IMG/VR virus record: IMGVR_UViG_3300019374_000291
Span: 31,736 to 95,735 of that record
DNA length: 64,000 nt
DNA from: a virus
Taxonomy: Duplodnaviria; Caudoviricetes
Strand: one strand, 5' to 3'
How positions within the stretch are numbered: position 1 is the stretch's first letter; every line of letters starts with the position of its first letter. Below are positions 1 through 7,696 of the stretch, one piece after another. Below the pieces are notes generated by a model, which did no database searches, was not told the DNA's origin, and saw nothing but the letters and a program-made list of their open reading frames with translations. The translations under genes were made by a program, and so were the position numbers.

Positions 1-170
1 GTGATTCGAATCGCAGGGTAGTTTTCTGCAACCCCAAGTGTTGTGAAGGCTGCCTTCACCGTCGTGGTTTCCGTCAGGCGGGCAATGCAGGCTCTGCCGA
101 CCAACTTGGGGTTCTTCAGCAGGCTGACCTTTGCGGTCATTTTCTTCAGTTCGGTTTCAAAAAAGTTCAT
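1..170 (-). CDS. Hypothetical protein, 3' end outside window (MNFFETELKKMTAKVSLLKN...)
   Basis: ATG at 170 with GGAGG RBS, downstream of promoter copy 1; not in the ORF track because it is truncated. Confidence 0.7.
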   Translation of the reverse strand, partial: MNFFETELKKMTAKVSLLKNPKLVGRACIARLTETTTVKAAFTTLGVAENYPAIRI

Positions 171-223
171 GGTGTTTTCCTCCGTTTTGTGTATTCGGTG
201 CGGTTTCCCGTTCCGTTGTACAC

Positions 224-252
224 ATAGTAACTCTTTTCGCTCGATATATCAA
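224..252 (-). promoter_or_regulatory. Sigma-A promoter, copy 1 (TTGATA-N17-TACTAT)
   Basis: Read directly from the sequence. Confidence 0.75.
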
Positions 253-431
253 GATGGTAAAACAACAGATCAGAAAAGGCGTATTTTCACAGGAATTGTA
301 CATATTATGCCTTGCTCACAAACGCGCACAGTTGCGCCGTGTGGGGCTTGCAGCGCCGGGGCATCCGTATACGTTTCTCCCTGCATCCCCGCCACAGGGC
401 GGCGCTGTGCCGCCCCGGTGGGGCGACCGGC

Positions 432-776
432 TCATCTGCCGGTCATCCATTCCCATTCGCTTTCGCAGGCGTCTGCGTACTCTGCCTCGAAAAGGGCGTC
501 GTCATCGATCCATTCGGTTTCGTAGTCGATTTCCTCGATGCCCTCGAAGGTCGTGCCGTTTGCAGCGGCGTCTTCCTGTGCAAGGCTGTCGGCGTTCTCC
601 TCGACCCATGCTCTGAAGTCCTCTGCGTTAAGGTCGTCTTCGTTCTCGACCTCCAGTTCGTAGCCTTCCTCCTCGGTGTCGTACCAAAGGATCGTGGCGC
701 TTCTGATTGCCTCGCGTGCGTTCCAGTCATCTCTTCCTGCCATTGCTCTTGCCTTTGCCAATCCGTAGCTGATCAT
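432..776 (-). CDS. Small, extremely acidic hypothetical protein (114 aa), possible DNA mimic
   Basis: ATG at 776 after GGAGG; about 35 D/E versus 7 K/R by hand count. Confidence 0.75.
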   Translation of the reverse strand: MISYGLAKARAMAGRDDWNAREAIRSATILWYDTEEEGYELEVENEDDLNAEDFRAWVEENADSLAQEDAAANGTTFEGIEEIDYETEWIDDDALFEAEYADACESEWEWMTGR

Positions 777-831
777 TGTTTTTTCCTCCGCTTTTCGTTG
801 TTTCGGTGGGCTTTGCCCTTCCGTTGTGTAC

Positions 832-910
832 ATAGTAACTCTTTTAGCAAAATTTATCAAGCGGCTAAATGTACAGAAGAAAAACGGCGAATTTCCGCAG
901 GAATTGTACA
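832..910 (-). promoter_or_regulatory. Sigma-A promoter, copy 2 (TTGATA-N17-TACTAT) with TGTACA boxes at 870 and 905
   Basis: Read directly from the sequence. Confidence 0.75.
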
Positions 911-953
911 TATTATGACGGGCAAAAAATGCACCGGAAACTGATACGGAGAT

Positions 954-977
954 GGGGCAGAACCGCAGCTCTGCCCC
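954..977 (-). terminator. GC-rich hairpin after the DUF3846-like gene
   Basis: GGGGCAGA...TCTGCCCC inverted repeat just past the stop codon. Confidence 0.55.
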
Positions 978-984
978 TGTTGCT

Positions 985-1338
985 TTACTCTACGATGTGG
1001 AGTACCACCATGCCGTTGGGTGTCGGGATGAAGATCTCAGGCTCCCAGAAAAGTGCCTTGTACTTTTCAGCCTGTTCATCGGTCAGCCCGGTAAAATCCT
1101 CGACCCCGAGTCCGCAGACGAAGAAGGTGCCTTTGATCGGACCGTATTTTTCGACTGTCCTGTTCCATTGCAGTCCCTCAATGAAAAGGCCCTCCTCGTT
1201 GCACACTACTGCGACCTCCTCCTCGAAGGGGTACAGCGCCTGAATGTATCCGCCGACCTCTTTCTGCAGGTTCTCCAGCGTGTGTTCGATCTCCTTGACG
1301 TAGGGGTGCTTGCCGGGTTCGCATACCAGAATTTTCAT
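985..1338 (-). CDS. DUF3846-like protein
   Basis: MKILVCEPGKHP...LENLQKEVGGYIQ...CNEEG...IKGTFFVCG pattern. Confidence 0.75.
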   Translation of the reverse strand: MKILVCEPGKHPYVKEIEHTLENLQKEVGGYIQALYPFEEEVAVVCNEEGLFIEGLQWNRTVEKYGPIKGTFFVCGLGVEDFTGLTDEQAEKYKALFWEPEIFIPTPNGMVVLHIVE

Positions 1339-1385
1339 GTAGATTCGCTCCTTTGTTTTGATTCCGCTTCGCTTGCGGTATGCAC

Positions 1386-1414
1386 ATATTACCGCCTTTT
1401 CGAGGAAAAGTCCA
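1386..1414 (-). promoter_or_regulatory. Sigma-A promoter, copy 3 (TGGACT-N17-TAATAT)
   Basis: Read directly from the sequence. Confidence 0.7.
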
Positions 1415-1585
1415 CGCCTTTCCGCAAAATAAATGTGACAAACATGAGCCGATTATTCAGGCGGAATTGTACATCGCACAGAACGCGCACAAACGCGCTG
1501 TGTGGGGCGGTTTTCCGCAGGGGCAAGTTATCCGCTGCCGCCATGAAAAGCCCCACACAAGCGAACGTGGCTCAGGTGTGCGTGA

Positions 1586-1762
1586 TCAGCCGTATTCTTT
1601 CAGGTAAGAATTCACCCGGTCGCCGTATCCCATCTCGGTAAGCTCCTGCGGTTCAAAAACCTCCAGAAGCGTTTCCATCACGTCACGCTCCGTCCATGCT
1701 CCGCTCTCGGGCAGATTGGCGATGACTGCCGTCAGCATTTCAAGCTGTGTGTATGTATCCAT
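1586..1762 (-). CDS. Small acidic hypothetical protein (58 aa)
   Basis: ATG at 1762 after AGGAGG. Confidence 0.65.
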   Translation of the reverse strand: MDTYTQLEMLTAVIANLPESGAWTERDVMETLLEVFEPQELTEMGYGDRVNSYLKEYG

Positions 1763-1823
1763 GTTTTTCCTCCTGTTCGGCATGCGCCCTTCCGTATTTC
1801 AGGAAGGGCAGCGCCGGTTTTTT

Positions 1824-2189
1824 TTACTTGCTCTTGCGTCCTGCCTCGTAGGCGTCCTTGAGGGCGGCTTCCAGTCCCCAGACCGGAATCTCGATGAAGT
1901 CCTCGCTGTCGCAGTGGCGGGCTTCAAGGTCTCCGCGCTCCTGCACTGTGACCATGTGCTTGGCTGCGATTTCAAAGAGCTTCTTGTCAATGCCCGTCAG
2001 CGGATGCTCGGCTCTGAAGATCTCCTGCTCGGTCTTGGCGAGGGCTGCGTTGGTGTTCGCAAGTGCCTGCGCCCGGCTGATTCCGAAAAGCTCAAGGCAG
2101 TCTGCTTCGGTCATTCCCTCAAGGGCTGCCTTGCCGTTCTGCAGCATCTTCAGCTTGTCAACTGCGGCTTTCATTTCCTTCTTTGTCAT
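1824..2189 (-). CDS. DUF6900-like protein
   Basis: C-terminal LFEIAAKH...LEARHCDSEDFIEIPVWGLEAALKDAYEAG motif; RBS GGAGG. Confidence 0.7.
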   Translation of the reverse strand: MTKKEMKAAVDKLKMLQNGKAALEGMTEADCLELFGISRAQALANTNAALAKTEQEIFRAEHPLTGIDKKLFEIAAKHMVTVQERGDLEARHCDSEDFIEIPVWGLEAALKDAYEAGRKSK

Positions 2190-2246
2190 GGTGGTGTACC
2201 TCCGTTTTTTGTTTTCGGCGGGCTGTCTGCCCTTCCGTTGTGTCAC

Positions 2247-2275
2247 ATATTACCATGATCTCTCCCGGAATGCAA
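2247..2275 (-). promoter_or_regulatory. Sigma-A promoter, copy 4 (TTGCAT-N17-TAATAT)
   Basis: Read directly from the sequence. Confidence 0.75.
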
Positions 2276-2345
2276 GCGGCTAAATGTACAGAACAAAATC
2301 GGCGTATTTTCGCAGGAATTGTTCACATGACACTATGTACGGGAA

Positions 2346-2361
2346 CAGCCCCGAAGGGCTG
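2346..2361 (-). terminator. Hairpin CAGCCC-cgaa-GGGCTG
   Basis: Inverted repeat directly after the stop at 2366; related hairpins at 2901 and 3518. Confidence 0.6.
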
Positions 2362-2365
2362 AAGA

Positions 2366-2749
2366 TCAGCCCTCGGTCGGCGGGATCCATGCCCCCTTTT
2401 TCTCATCGAAAAGGTAGTAGTAAGGGATGCCCCAGTAATCGCTCATCAGGGAAACAATGCTCTTGTGGGTGACTGCCGGGCTCATCGGCTCTTTGCGGTC
2501 TCGGTGGTAGGCTACCGTCACGCCCTCGGCAGGTTTCTCAAAGCTGTGCGGCTCATCGGCATCTGGTGCGATGCGTTCGCCGAGGCTGCTGATGTCTCCG
2601 AGCGCAAGCAGCGCCCGTACCTTTTCGGCGGTGTCGTAGTGCCCGGTGAGGATCGGCATCTGATGCTCGGGGTAGCCGTCCCAGTGGCAGTAGATCGTTT
2701 CCGTTGTCTCGTCCTCGTGCAGGATCCCGATTCTTGAATTCGTGCTCAT
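2366..2749 (-). CDS. Conserved phage hypothetical protein (MSTNSRIG...IYCHWDGYP family)
   Basis: Recognisable phage motifs YCHWDGYP and AYHRDR; RBS GGAGG. Confidence 0.8.
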   Translation of the reverse strand: MSTNSRIGILHEDETTETIYCHWDGYPEHQMPILTGHYDTAEKVRALLALGDISSLGERIAPDADEPHSFEKPAEGVTVAYHRDRKEPMSPAVTHKSIVSLMSDYWGIPYYYLFDEKKGAWIPPTEG

Positions 2750-2804
2750 GTATTTTTCCTCCGTTTTCGTTATTCGGTCGGCTCTCTGCCTTCCGTTGTG
2801 TCAC

Positions 2805-2884
2805 ATATTACCGTCTTATGCAAAATAAATCAAGCGGCTGAATGTACAGATCATTTCGGGCGTATCTGCGCGGTTTCTTGTACA
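2805..2884 (-). promoter_or_regulatory. Sigma-A promoter, copy 5 (TTGATT-N17-TAATAT) with TGTACA boxes at 2843 and 2879
   Basis: Read directly from the sequence. Confidence 0.75.
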
Positions 2885-2900
2885 TAATGCTTCACAGGGA

Positions 2901-2920
2901 ACAGCCCCCGAAGGGGCTGT
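2901..2920 (-). terminator. Hairpin ACAGCCCC-cgaa-GGGGCTGT
   Basis: Perfect 8-bp stem after the stop at 2934. Confidence 0.65.
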
Positions 2921-2933
2921 ATCCGATCGCGGT

Positions 2934-3368
2934 TTATCCGAAAAGGTCTGCGCCGAACATCTCTGCGTTCATTCTGCGCTGTGCCATCAGGAAAGCACCG
3001 CCGTAGCTCTTGCAGTGCTTTTCGTAGCCGTCCGCATCCATTTCCCTGAGAAGGTCATCCGGAAATTCATAAAGCGGGTAGCGGCAGAATCCGCTGTATC
3101 CGTAGACCGGCTCTCCGAAGCGTTCGTACTGCTTTGCGCCGATGCTCTGCAGGAATTCCTCCGCGGTCGGATTGTTGTTGGTGTCGATGAAGGCGCAGTT
3201 GCGCGGGATCAGCGTACCGTTCCCGATGCTGCTGCCGATGTTGACCGAAAGCACCACATCGAACTCGTCAGCCTCTGCGGTCGCGGTGATCGCCATGACC
3301 ATCGGGTCGGAAGCGTAATCTGCGATGCGGAAGCGCACCCTGAATCCGTTCATGTTGTAGTCTGCCAT
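2934..3368 (-). CDS. Hypothetical protein (possibly DUF4313-related)
   Basis: ATG at 3368 after GGAGG; AFIDTNNNP...YSGFCRYPLYEF motif. Confidence 0.7.
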   Translation of the reverse strand: MADYNMNGFRVRFRIADYASDPMVMAITATAEADEFDVVLSVNIGSSIGNGTLIPRNCAFIDTNNNPTAEEFLQSIGAKQYERFGEPVYGYSGFCRYPLYEFPDDLLREMDADGYEKHCKSYGGAFLMAQRRMNAEMFGADLFG

Positions 3369-3420
3369 TTTCGTATCCTCCAAAAGAATGTAATTCCGAG
3401 GTTTTCCCTTCGGTAGCGAC

Positions 3421-3500
3421 ATTATAACTCTGTTTCCGCATAATAGCAACCCGATAAATGTACAGATCATATCGGGCTTATCTTCGCGGTTTATTGTACA
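3421..3500 (-). promoter_or_regulatory. Sigma-A promoter, copy 6 (TTGCTA-N17-TATAAT) with TGTACA boxes at 3459 and 3495
   Basis: Read directly from the sequence. Confidence 0.8.
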
Positions 3501-3517
3501 CATAATCATTTCGGAAG

Positions 3518-3537
3518 GCAGCCCCCGGAGGGGCTGC
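3518..3537 (-). terminator. Hairpin GCAGCCCC-cgga-GGGGCTGC
   Basis: Perfect stem after the stop at 3548. Confidence 0.6.
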
Positions 3538-3547
3538 GCCGGTTCCG

Positions 3548-4042
3548 TCAGACCTTCAGTTCAGCTTCGGTCATCAGCCTGAAGTTTTTGTCCTGCCAGA
3601 AGGAAATGTAAACATCGTAGCGTACATCCCATTCGCTTTCGTAGTATTCGTCTGCTTCCTCATCGTATTCCTCACTGGTCTCGGTCTCCGTGTAGCTGTA
3701 AACTTCTCTCTGTTCAAAGCCCTCGCCCCAGCCGTCGCTGTACTGTCCGCTGAGGTATTCCTTCAGCTGTGCGGTGTCTTCGTCTGTCCAGTCATCGTCC
3801 ACCTCGCAGGTTGCCAGTCCGTAAAGCCGTTTGCCGTACCACTCGGCGCTCATCGTGACCTTGTGCAGTTTCTTGTAGTAGGTTGCACCGTGGTAGTCGT
3901 CGGCGTAATCGGCAAGGTCGGTATCGTCGTTCTCGAGCGCCTCGAACAGCTCTGCGGCGTACTCCTCGGCGGGTGCGGTGAAGCAGTTGCTCTCGCTTGC
4001 GATCTGGGCGATTAGCGGATTGTAGATCTTCAGGGTTTTCAT
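3548..4042 (-). CDS. Acidic hypothetical protein with GQxSDGWGEGFEQR motif
   Basis: ATG at 4042 after GGAGG; motif seen in Firmicutes mobile-element proteins; D/E-rich C-terminus. Confidence 0.75.
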   Translation of the reverse strand: MKTLKIYNPLIAQIASESNCFTAPAEEYAAELFEALENDDTDLADYADDYHGATYYKKLHKVTMSAEWYGKRLYGLATCEVDDDWTDEDTAQLKEYLSGQYSDGWGEGFEQREVYSYTETETSEEYDEEADEYYESEWDVRYDVYISFWQDKNFRLMTEAELKV

Positions 4043-4099
4043 GGTGGTTTCCTCCGTGTTCTGTATTTCGGCGGGCTTTCCGCCCTTCCGTTGTGTCAC

Positions 4100-4128
4100 A
4101 TATTACCGCCTTTTGCCTGAAAAGTCCA
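4100..4128 (-). promoter_or_regulatory. Sigma-A promoter, copy 7 (TGGACT-N17-TAATAT)
   Basis: Read directly from the sequence. Confidence 0.7.
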
Positions 4129-4298
4129 CGCCTATGTGCAAAATAAAACGTAGAAGAATCGCCGTTATCAGCGGTATGAACAGGTACATATACACAAGCC
4201 GCCGGAACGCGCACAAACGCGCCGTGTCGCGACCGGAATCCGCCCAACAAACAAGCGGCGCAGAGCCGTAAAGCCCCACACCGCCCGCTGTGCGCCCC

Positions 4299-4502
4299 TT
4301 ATTCGGGAATGTACTTGTCGTGGATGATTCCGAGGATCTTGTCCTGCTCCTCGATGCTGATGCCCATCGTTTCGAGGGCTTCCCGTGTTCCGCAGTCGGG
4401 GCAGATGAGCGTGTTGTTGTCGCTGCGGGAAAGGGCCGGGCGCTCGGTGTAGGTGCGTCCGCATTTCGGACATGTGCGTGCTTCGGTTACTCGTTCTTTC
4501 AT
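4299..4502 (-). CDS. Small zinc-finger protein
   Basis: CPKCG...PALSR...ICPDCGTREAL; RBS AGGAGG. Confidence 0.75.
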   Translation of the reverse strand: MKERVTEARTCPKCGRTYTERPALSRSDNNTLICPDCGTREALETMGISIEEQDKILGIIHDKYIPE

Positions 4503-4552
4503 TTGGATTCCTCCTATGTAGTTGTGGTGTGCCGCCCGAAGGCGGCGGTTGG

Positions 4553-4816
4553 TCATTCATCGATTCGCTCTGTGTGGCTGAGGATCTCTTCGGCGCTGCC
4601 GGATTCTGCGTATCCGCAGTCCCAGATCGCGAGGAGCATCTCCTCTTCGGTTTCGGGAACCTTGATGCTGTAGGTAATCTTCCTTGCTCCGATGTCGTTC
4701 AGCATCTTGGTGGTGGTTTCGAGGAAGTCGGCGGGGATTTCTCTGGTCGTGCCGTCCTTTGCAATCAGGCGTACTCCGTGGCGGCGCAGGCTTTCAATAT
4801 GTTCTTTGCTTGTCAT
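4553..4816 (-). CDS. Hypothetical protein (87 aa)
   Basis: ATG at 4816 after AAGGAG, downstream of promoter copy 8. Confidence 0.6.
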   Translation of the reverse strand: MTSKEHIESLRRHGVRLIAKDGTTREIPADFLETTTKMLNDIGARKITYSIKVPETEEEMLLAIWDCGYAESGSAEEILSHTERIDE

Positions 4817-4856
4817 GTTCAGGACTCCTTTGCGATGTTTTCCTTTCGGTAGTGAC

Positions 4857-4885
4857 ATATTAACTCTTTACTCGAAAAATAGCAA
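4857..4885 (-). promoter_or_regulatory. Sigma-A promoter, copy 8 (TTGCTA-N17-TAATAT)
   Basis: Read directly from the sequence. Confidence 0.75.
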
Positions 4886-5100
4886 CCCGGTAAATGTACA
4901 GATCATTCAGGGCGATTCTGCACGGTTTGTTGTTCATTTTATGCTTTGCACACGTTTGCGCCGTGTCGCGTTGTGTGGCGCGGTTGACTGAGGTGGGATA
5001 CCGAATCGGAGGATACCCCTTCCGCCCCACACGGGGCAACGTGGGCGCTGTGTGTGCGCCCGTGCCGTTCCGCTTGTTCCTGCGCCCCGAAGGGCAGGCC

Positions 5101-6045
5101 TTAAGGTCTGCCGAATCGGAAGGCTGCGTTGCCCGTCAGGTTTTCGGTAAGGGTCTCTCTGGCTGTTGCGAACTCGTCGCCAATGAAGCCCATTCTCATC
5201 AGCCAGGTTCTCATTGCGAAAACCTTGTTTTCTTTCTGCTGTTCCTTGGGGCTTGCACTTCTGAGGTCCTTTGCCATCTGGCTCATTGCGAGGCAAAGCT
5301 GAATGTAGCTCTTGAGCTTGCCTGCGTGGAGGCCGTTCTGCTTGCCGTTCGCGGGCGGTGCAAATTGGAAAAGTCTGAACTCGACCGTGCCCTTTGTAAA
5401 GGTGGCGTGCAGGTTGAGCATGTGGTAGCGGCTGTCGTTGTAGTGGTGGGTTCTGCCGTAGGTGCATCCCTGTGCGCCGTACCAGATGTCTGCAAGCTGT
5501 GCCATCGTGCGGGGCTTTTTGCGGTTGAGCTGGTCGAGGAATCTCGGGTCGACCGTTCTGCAGTAGCGGTTCATTCTGCTGTGGTCTACCTTGATTGCTT
5601 CGGCAATCAGGGTTTCGTGGCTCGCCATGATGTTTGCGAGGTTTCTGAGGCTTTGCGGTGTGTGCCCCTGCGCTCCGATGTGAATGTGAACTCCGCATCC
5701 TCTTGTGTAGTCGCTCTTTGCGCCTGCCTTGCGAAGGCGTCTGATCAGCTCCTGCAGGGTTTCGATGTCTGCGTAGTGCAGGATCGGTGTGACCAGTTCG
5801 CACTTTTCGCTGTCCGGACCGCTGATGCTGCAGTCGCGCTGGAACTTCCACTCTCTGCCCTGTGCGTCCCAGGCGCTGTAGGTTTCGTAGCCGTTGCGGC
5901 TGCCTGTGTACTCGCTGCGGTTTGTGCCGAAGAACTCGGCGGCAAGCTTTGCGGCAGCCTTGCGGGTGATGTTGTTCATCTCAACCTCGACCCCAATGGT
6001 CTGCTCCTTCATTCTGTTGATCTGCTGTGCGGTTTTCTCAGTCAT
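5101..6045 (-). CDS. Amidoligase_2 family (COOH-NH2 ligase)
   Basis: IGVEVEM, WKFQRDCSI, CELVTPIL, CGVHIHIG, RYHMLNL, TVEFRLF motifs. Confidence 0.9.
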   Translation of the reverse strand: MTEKTAQQINRMKEQTIGVEVEMNNITRKAAAKLAAEFFGTNRSEYTGSRNGYETYSAWDAQGREWKFQRDCSISGPDSEKCELVTPILHYADIETLQELIRRLRKAGAKSDYTRGCGVHIHIGAQGHTPQSLRNLANIMASHETLIAEAIKVDHSRMNRYCRTVDPRFLDQLNRKKPRTMAQLADIWYGAQGCTYGRTHHYNDSRYHMLNLHATFTKGTVEFRLFQFAPPANGKQNGLHAGKLKSYIQLCLAMSQMAKDLRSASPKEQQKENKVFAMRTWLMRMGFIGDEFATARETLTENLTGNAAFRFGRP

Positions 6046-6099
6046 TTTTGTATCCTCCGTTTCGGTTTTCGGAAGGCTGTGTGCCTTTCGTTGTGTCAC

Positions 6100-6128
6100 A
6101 TATTACCGTCTTTGGGAGGAAATAGCAA
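6100..6128 (-). promoter_or_regulatory. Sigma-A promoter, copy 9 (TTGCTA-N17-TAATAT)
   Basis: Followed by a 5' hairpin AAGGC-acaca-GCCTT and a GGAGG RBS. Confidence 0.8.
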
Positions 6129-6320
6129 GCCGCTAAATGTACAGATCATTCGAGTGTATTTTTCCCGAATCTCTGGTGATTTTACATACTTAAAAGACTT
6201 GCATTTTTATGGTATACTTGGGTACGATGGAATAGGATCTCTCATTTTCGGGACCCCCGAGGTGGTATATAATCAGCGGTCGGAAGGCAGGGACACAGCC
6301 CTGCCAATCAGCCGCTTTTC

Positions 6321-6791
6321 TTATCGGTACAGATGCCTTGTGCTTCGCTCGTAGGCTTCGTAGAGAAATTCGGGATCGAAGCCGAATGAACGGTAGCCGA
6401 GCACGCAAGTCCAGAAATATCTTGGTGTCGGTTCGCCGAGTCTGCGTTTCTCCTGCATGATGTACACAAAGCTGTTCGTCTGCACCGTTCTTCCGCTTTT
6501 TGTTCTGCGCACCGGGAGGCTGATCTCTTTCTTATAGTAGCAAACCGGGCAGCCCTCGTAGCGGTCGAGCATTCGCTCGTGCTCCGCAGTGACCTCCCAG
6601 ACTGCGACCGGAACAACACCGTCTGCCTTCGGCTCGATGGTCAGGTAAAATCCGGTCTTGCTGCCTTTGAACAGCAGCTCGTAGCCTTCCAGCAGTGCAG
6701 TCCCGACCACTTTTGCGCCTGGGCATCGCATCTGCATCTGCTTGCGGTTCAGATTGCTTCCGTATGCGAGGTAGTATCTCTTTTTGCTCAT
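6321..6791 (-). CDS. Gamma-glutamylcyclotransferase (AIG2-like)
   Basis: YLAYGSNL...QMxxRCP...LDRYEG motifs. Confidence 0.9.
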   Translation of the reverse strand: MSKKRYYLAYGSNLNRKQMQMRCPGAKVVGTALLEGYELLFKGSKTGFYLTIEPKADGVVPVAVWEVTAEHERMLDRYEGCPVCYYKKEISLPVRRTKSGRTVQTNSFVYIMQEKRRLGEPTPRYFWTCVLGYRSFGFDPEFLYEAYERSTRHLYR

Positions 6792-6842
6792 GTTATCGTC
6801 CTCCGTTCGGGTATTTGGCGGCATCCGCCTCCGTTGTGTCAC

Positions 6843-6921
6843 ATATTACCATACCCTTCGGAGCTTATCAAGCGGGTGAATGTACAGATCATAATGCCTG
6901 TTTTTCGCTGATTGTTGTACA
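6843..6921 (-). promoter_or_regulatory. Sigma-A promoter, copy 10 (TTGATA-N17-TAATAT) with TGTACA boxes at 6881 and 6916
   Basis: Read directly from the sequence. Confidence 0.75.
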
Positions 6922-7043
6922 AATTATGCCTTGCCGTAAATCGCGCAAAAACGCGCCGTGTGGGGCAGAAACCGAAACGGAGTAACTGTCGGAGGAAACC
7001 CTGCAAAGCCCCACACGGACGAACTTGGGCGGTCTGTGCGCGT

Positions 7044-7460
7044 TCAGCGGACCGTCAGGGATTCCTTCCGTGCCTGTTCCAGAACTGCGGTGTCCAGCCC
7101 GTTCATTTCGTAGCCCTTGCGGATCACATCGTAATAAAAGGGGCTGGGCGGTGCGATGCCTTTGCTGTTCATGATGTAGACCATCGCATCGACTGTCTTG
7201 CCGTTCAGCTCGACCTGCACGGTCTCTCTGCGGTACAGCTGCGGGTAGCCTTCGTATCGGTCAAGCGGGATCTCATCGGCGGGCTTAATATCCCAGAGCA
7301 GAACGGGAACGCTGCTATCGGGATCGGGCTCAATGGTCGCCACGCCGTTGAACACCAGACGGTAGCCGTGAAGCGTACTCGTTCCGAGTACTTCCGCTGT
7401 GCGGCAGCGGAACTGCATCTGCCCGATATGAAGATTCGAGCCGTATGCTAAGTAGATCAT
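7044..7460 (-). CDS. Second gamma-glutamylcyclotransferase
   Basis: YLAYGSNL...LDRYEGYP...MVYIM. Confidence 0.9.
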   Translation of the reverse strand: MIYLAYGSNLHIGQMQFRCRTAEVLGTSTLHGYRLVFNGVATIEPDPDSSVPVLLWDIKPADEIPLDRYEGYPQLYRRETVQVELNGKTVDAMVYIMNSKGIAPPSPFYYDVIRKGYEMNGLDTAVLEQARKESLTVR

Positions 7461-7696
7461 GTTTTTTCTGCCTCCTTTATAATGGTGAAACTGTCTGCGC
7501 CTTCGATCAGTGAAAGCGTCCTGCCATTCTCCCAGACCATGTGGATGTTGCCGGCATCATCAACGTGCTGAACCTCGCCGACTGTTCCGTCCGGAATCGG
7601 TGCATACGGGTCATCCATATGATTCAGGCGGATCTTTGTGCCTGCCGGGTAACGCTCACGCAGCGCCTGAAGCTGTCTTTCATTCGGAAACTTCAT
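7457..7696 (-). CDS. DUF4314 domain protein
   Basis: YPAGTKIRLxxMDDP...GEVQHVDDAGNIHMVWENGRTLSLI. Confidence 0.85.
   Translation of the reverse strand: MKFPNERQLQALRERYPAGTKIRLNHMDDPYAPIPDGTVGEVQHVDDAGNIHMVWENGRTLSLIEGADSFTIIKEAEKT

Noticed and set aside
4934-5851. 305-aa alternative-frame ORF over the amidoligase
   Set aside because: R/P/Q-rich off-frame composition with no recognisable motif, unlike the nested methyltransferase ORF.
4894-6354. 486-aa + strand ORF and similar long antisense ORFs (23791-24894, 28656-30092, 15296-16189)
   Set aside because: They are shadows of well-supported minus-strand genes in GC-rich DNA, with no motifs or RBS.
1824-6842. ORF-track N-termini beginning MTQRK/MTQRR or MSLPKG
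   Set aside because: These starts fall inside the promoter repeat next to the -10. True starts follow the downstream GGAGG RBS.
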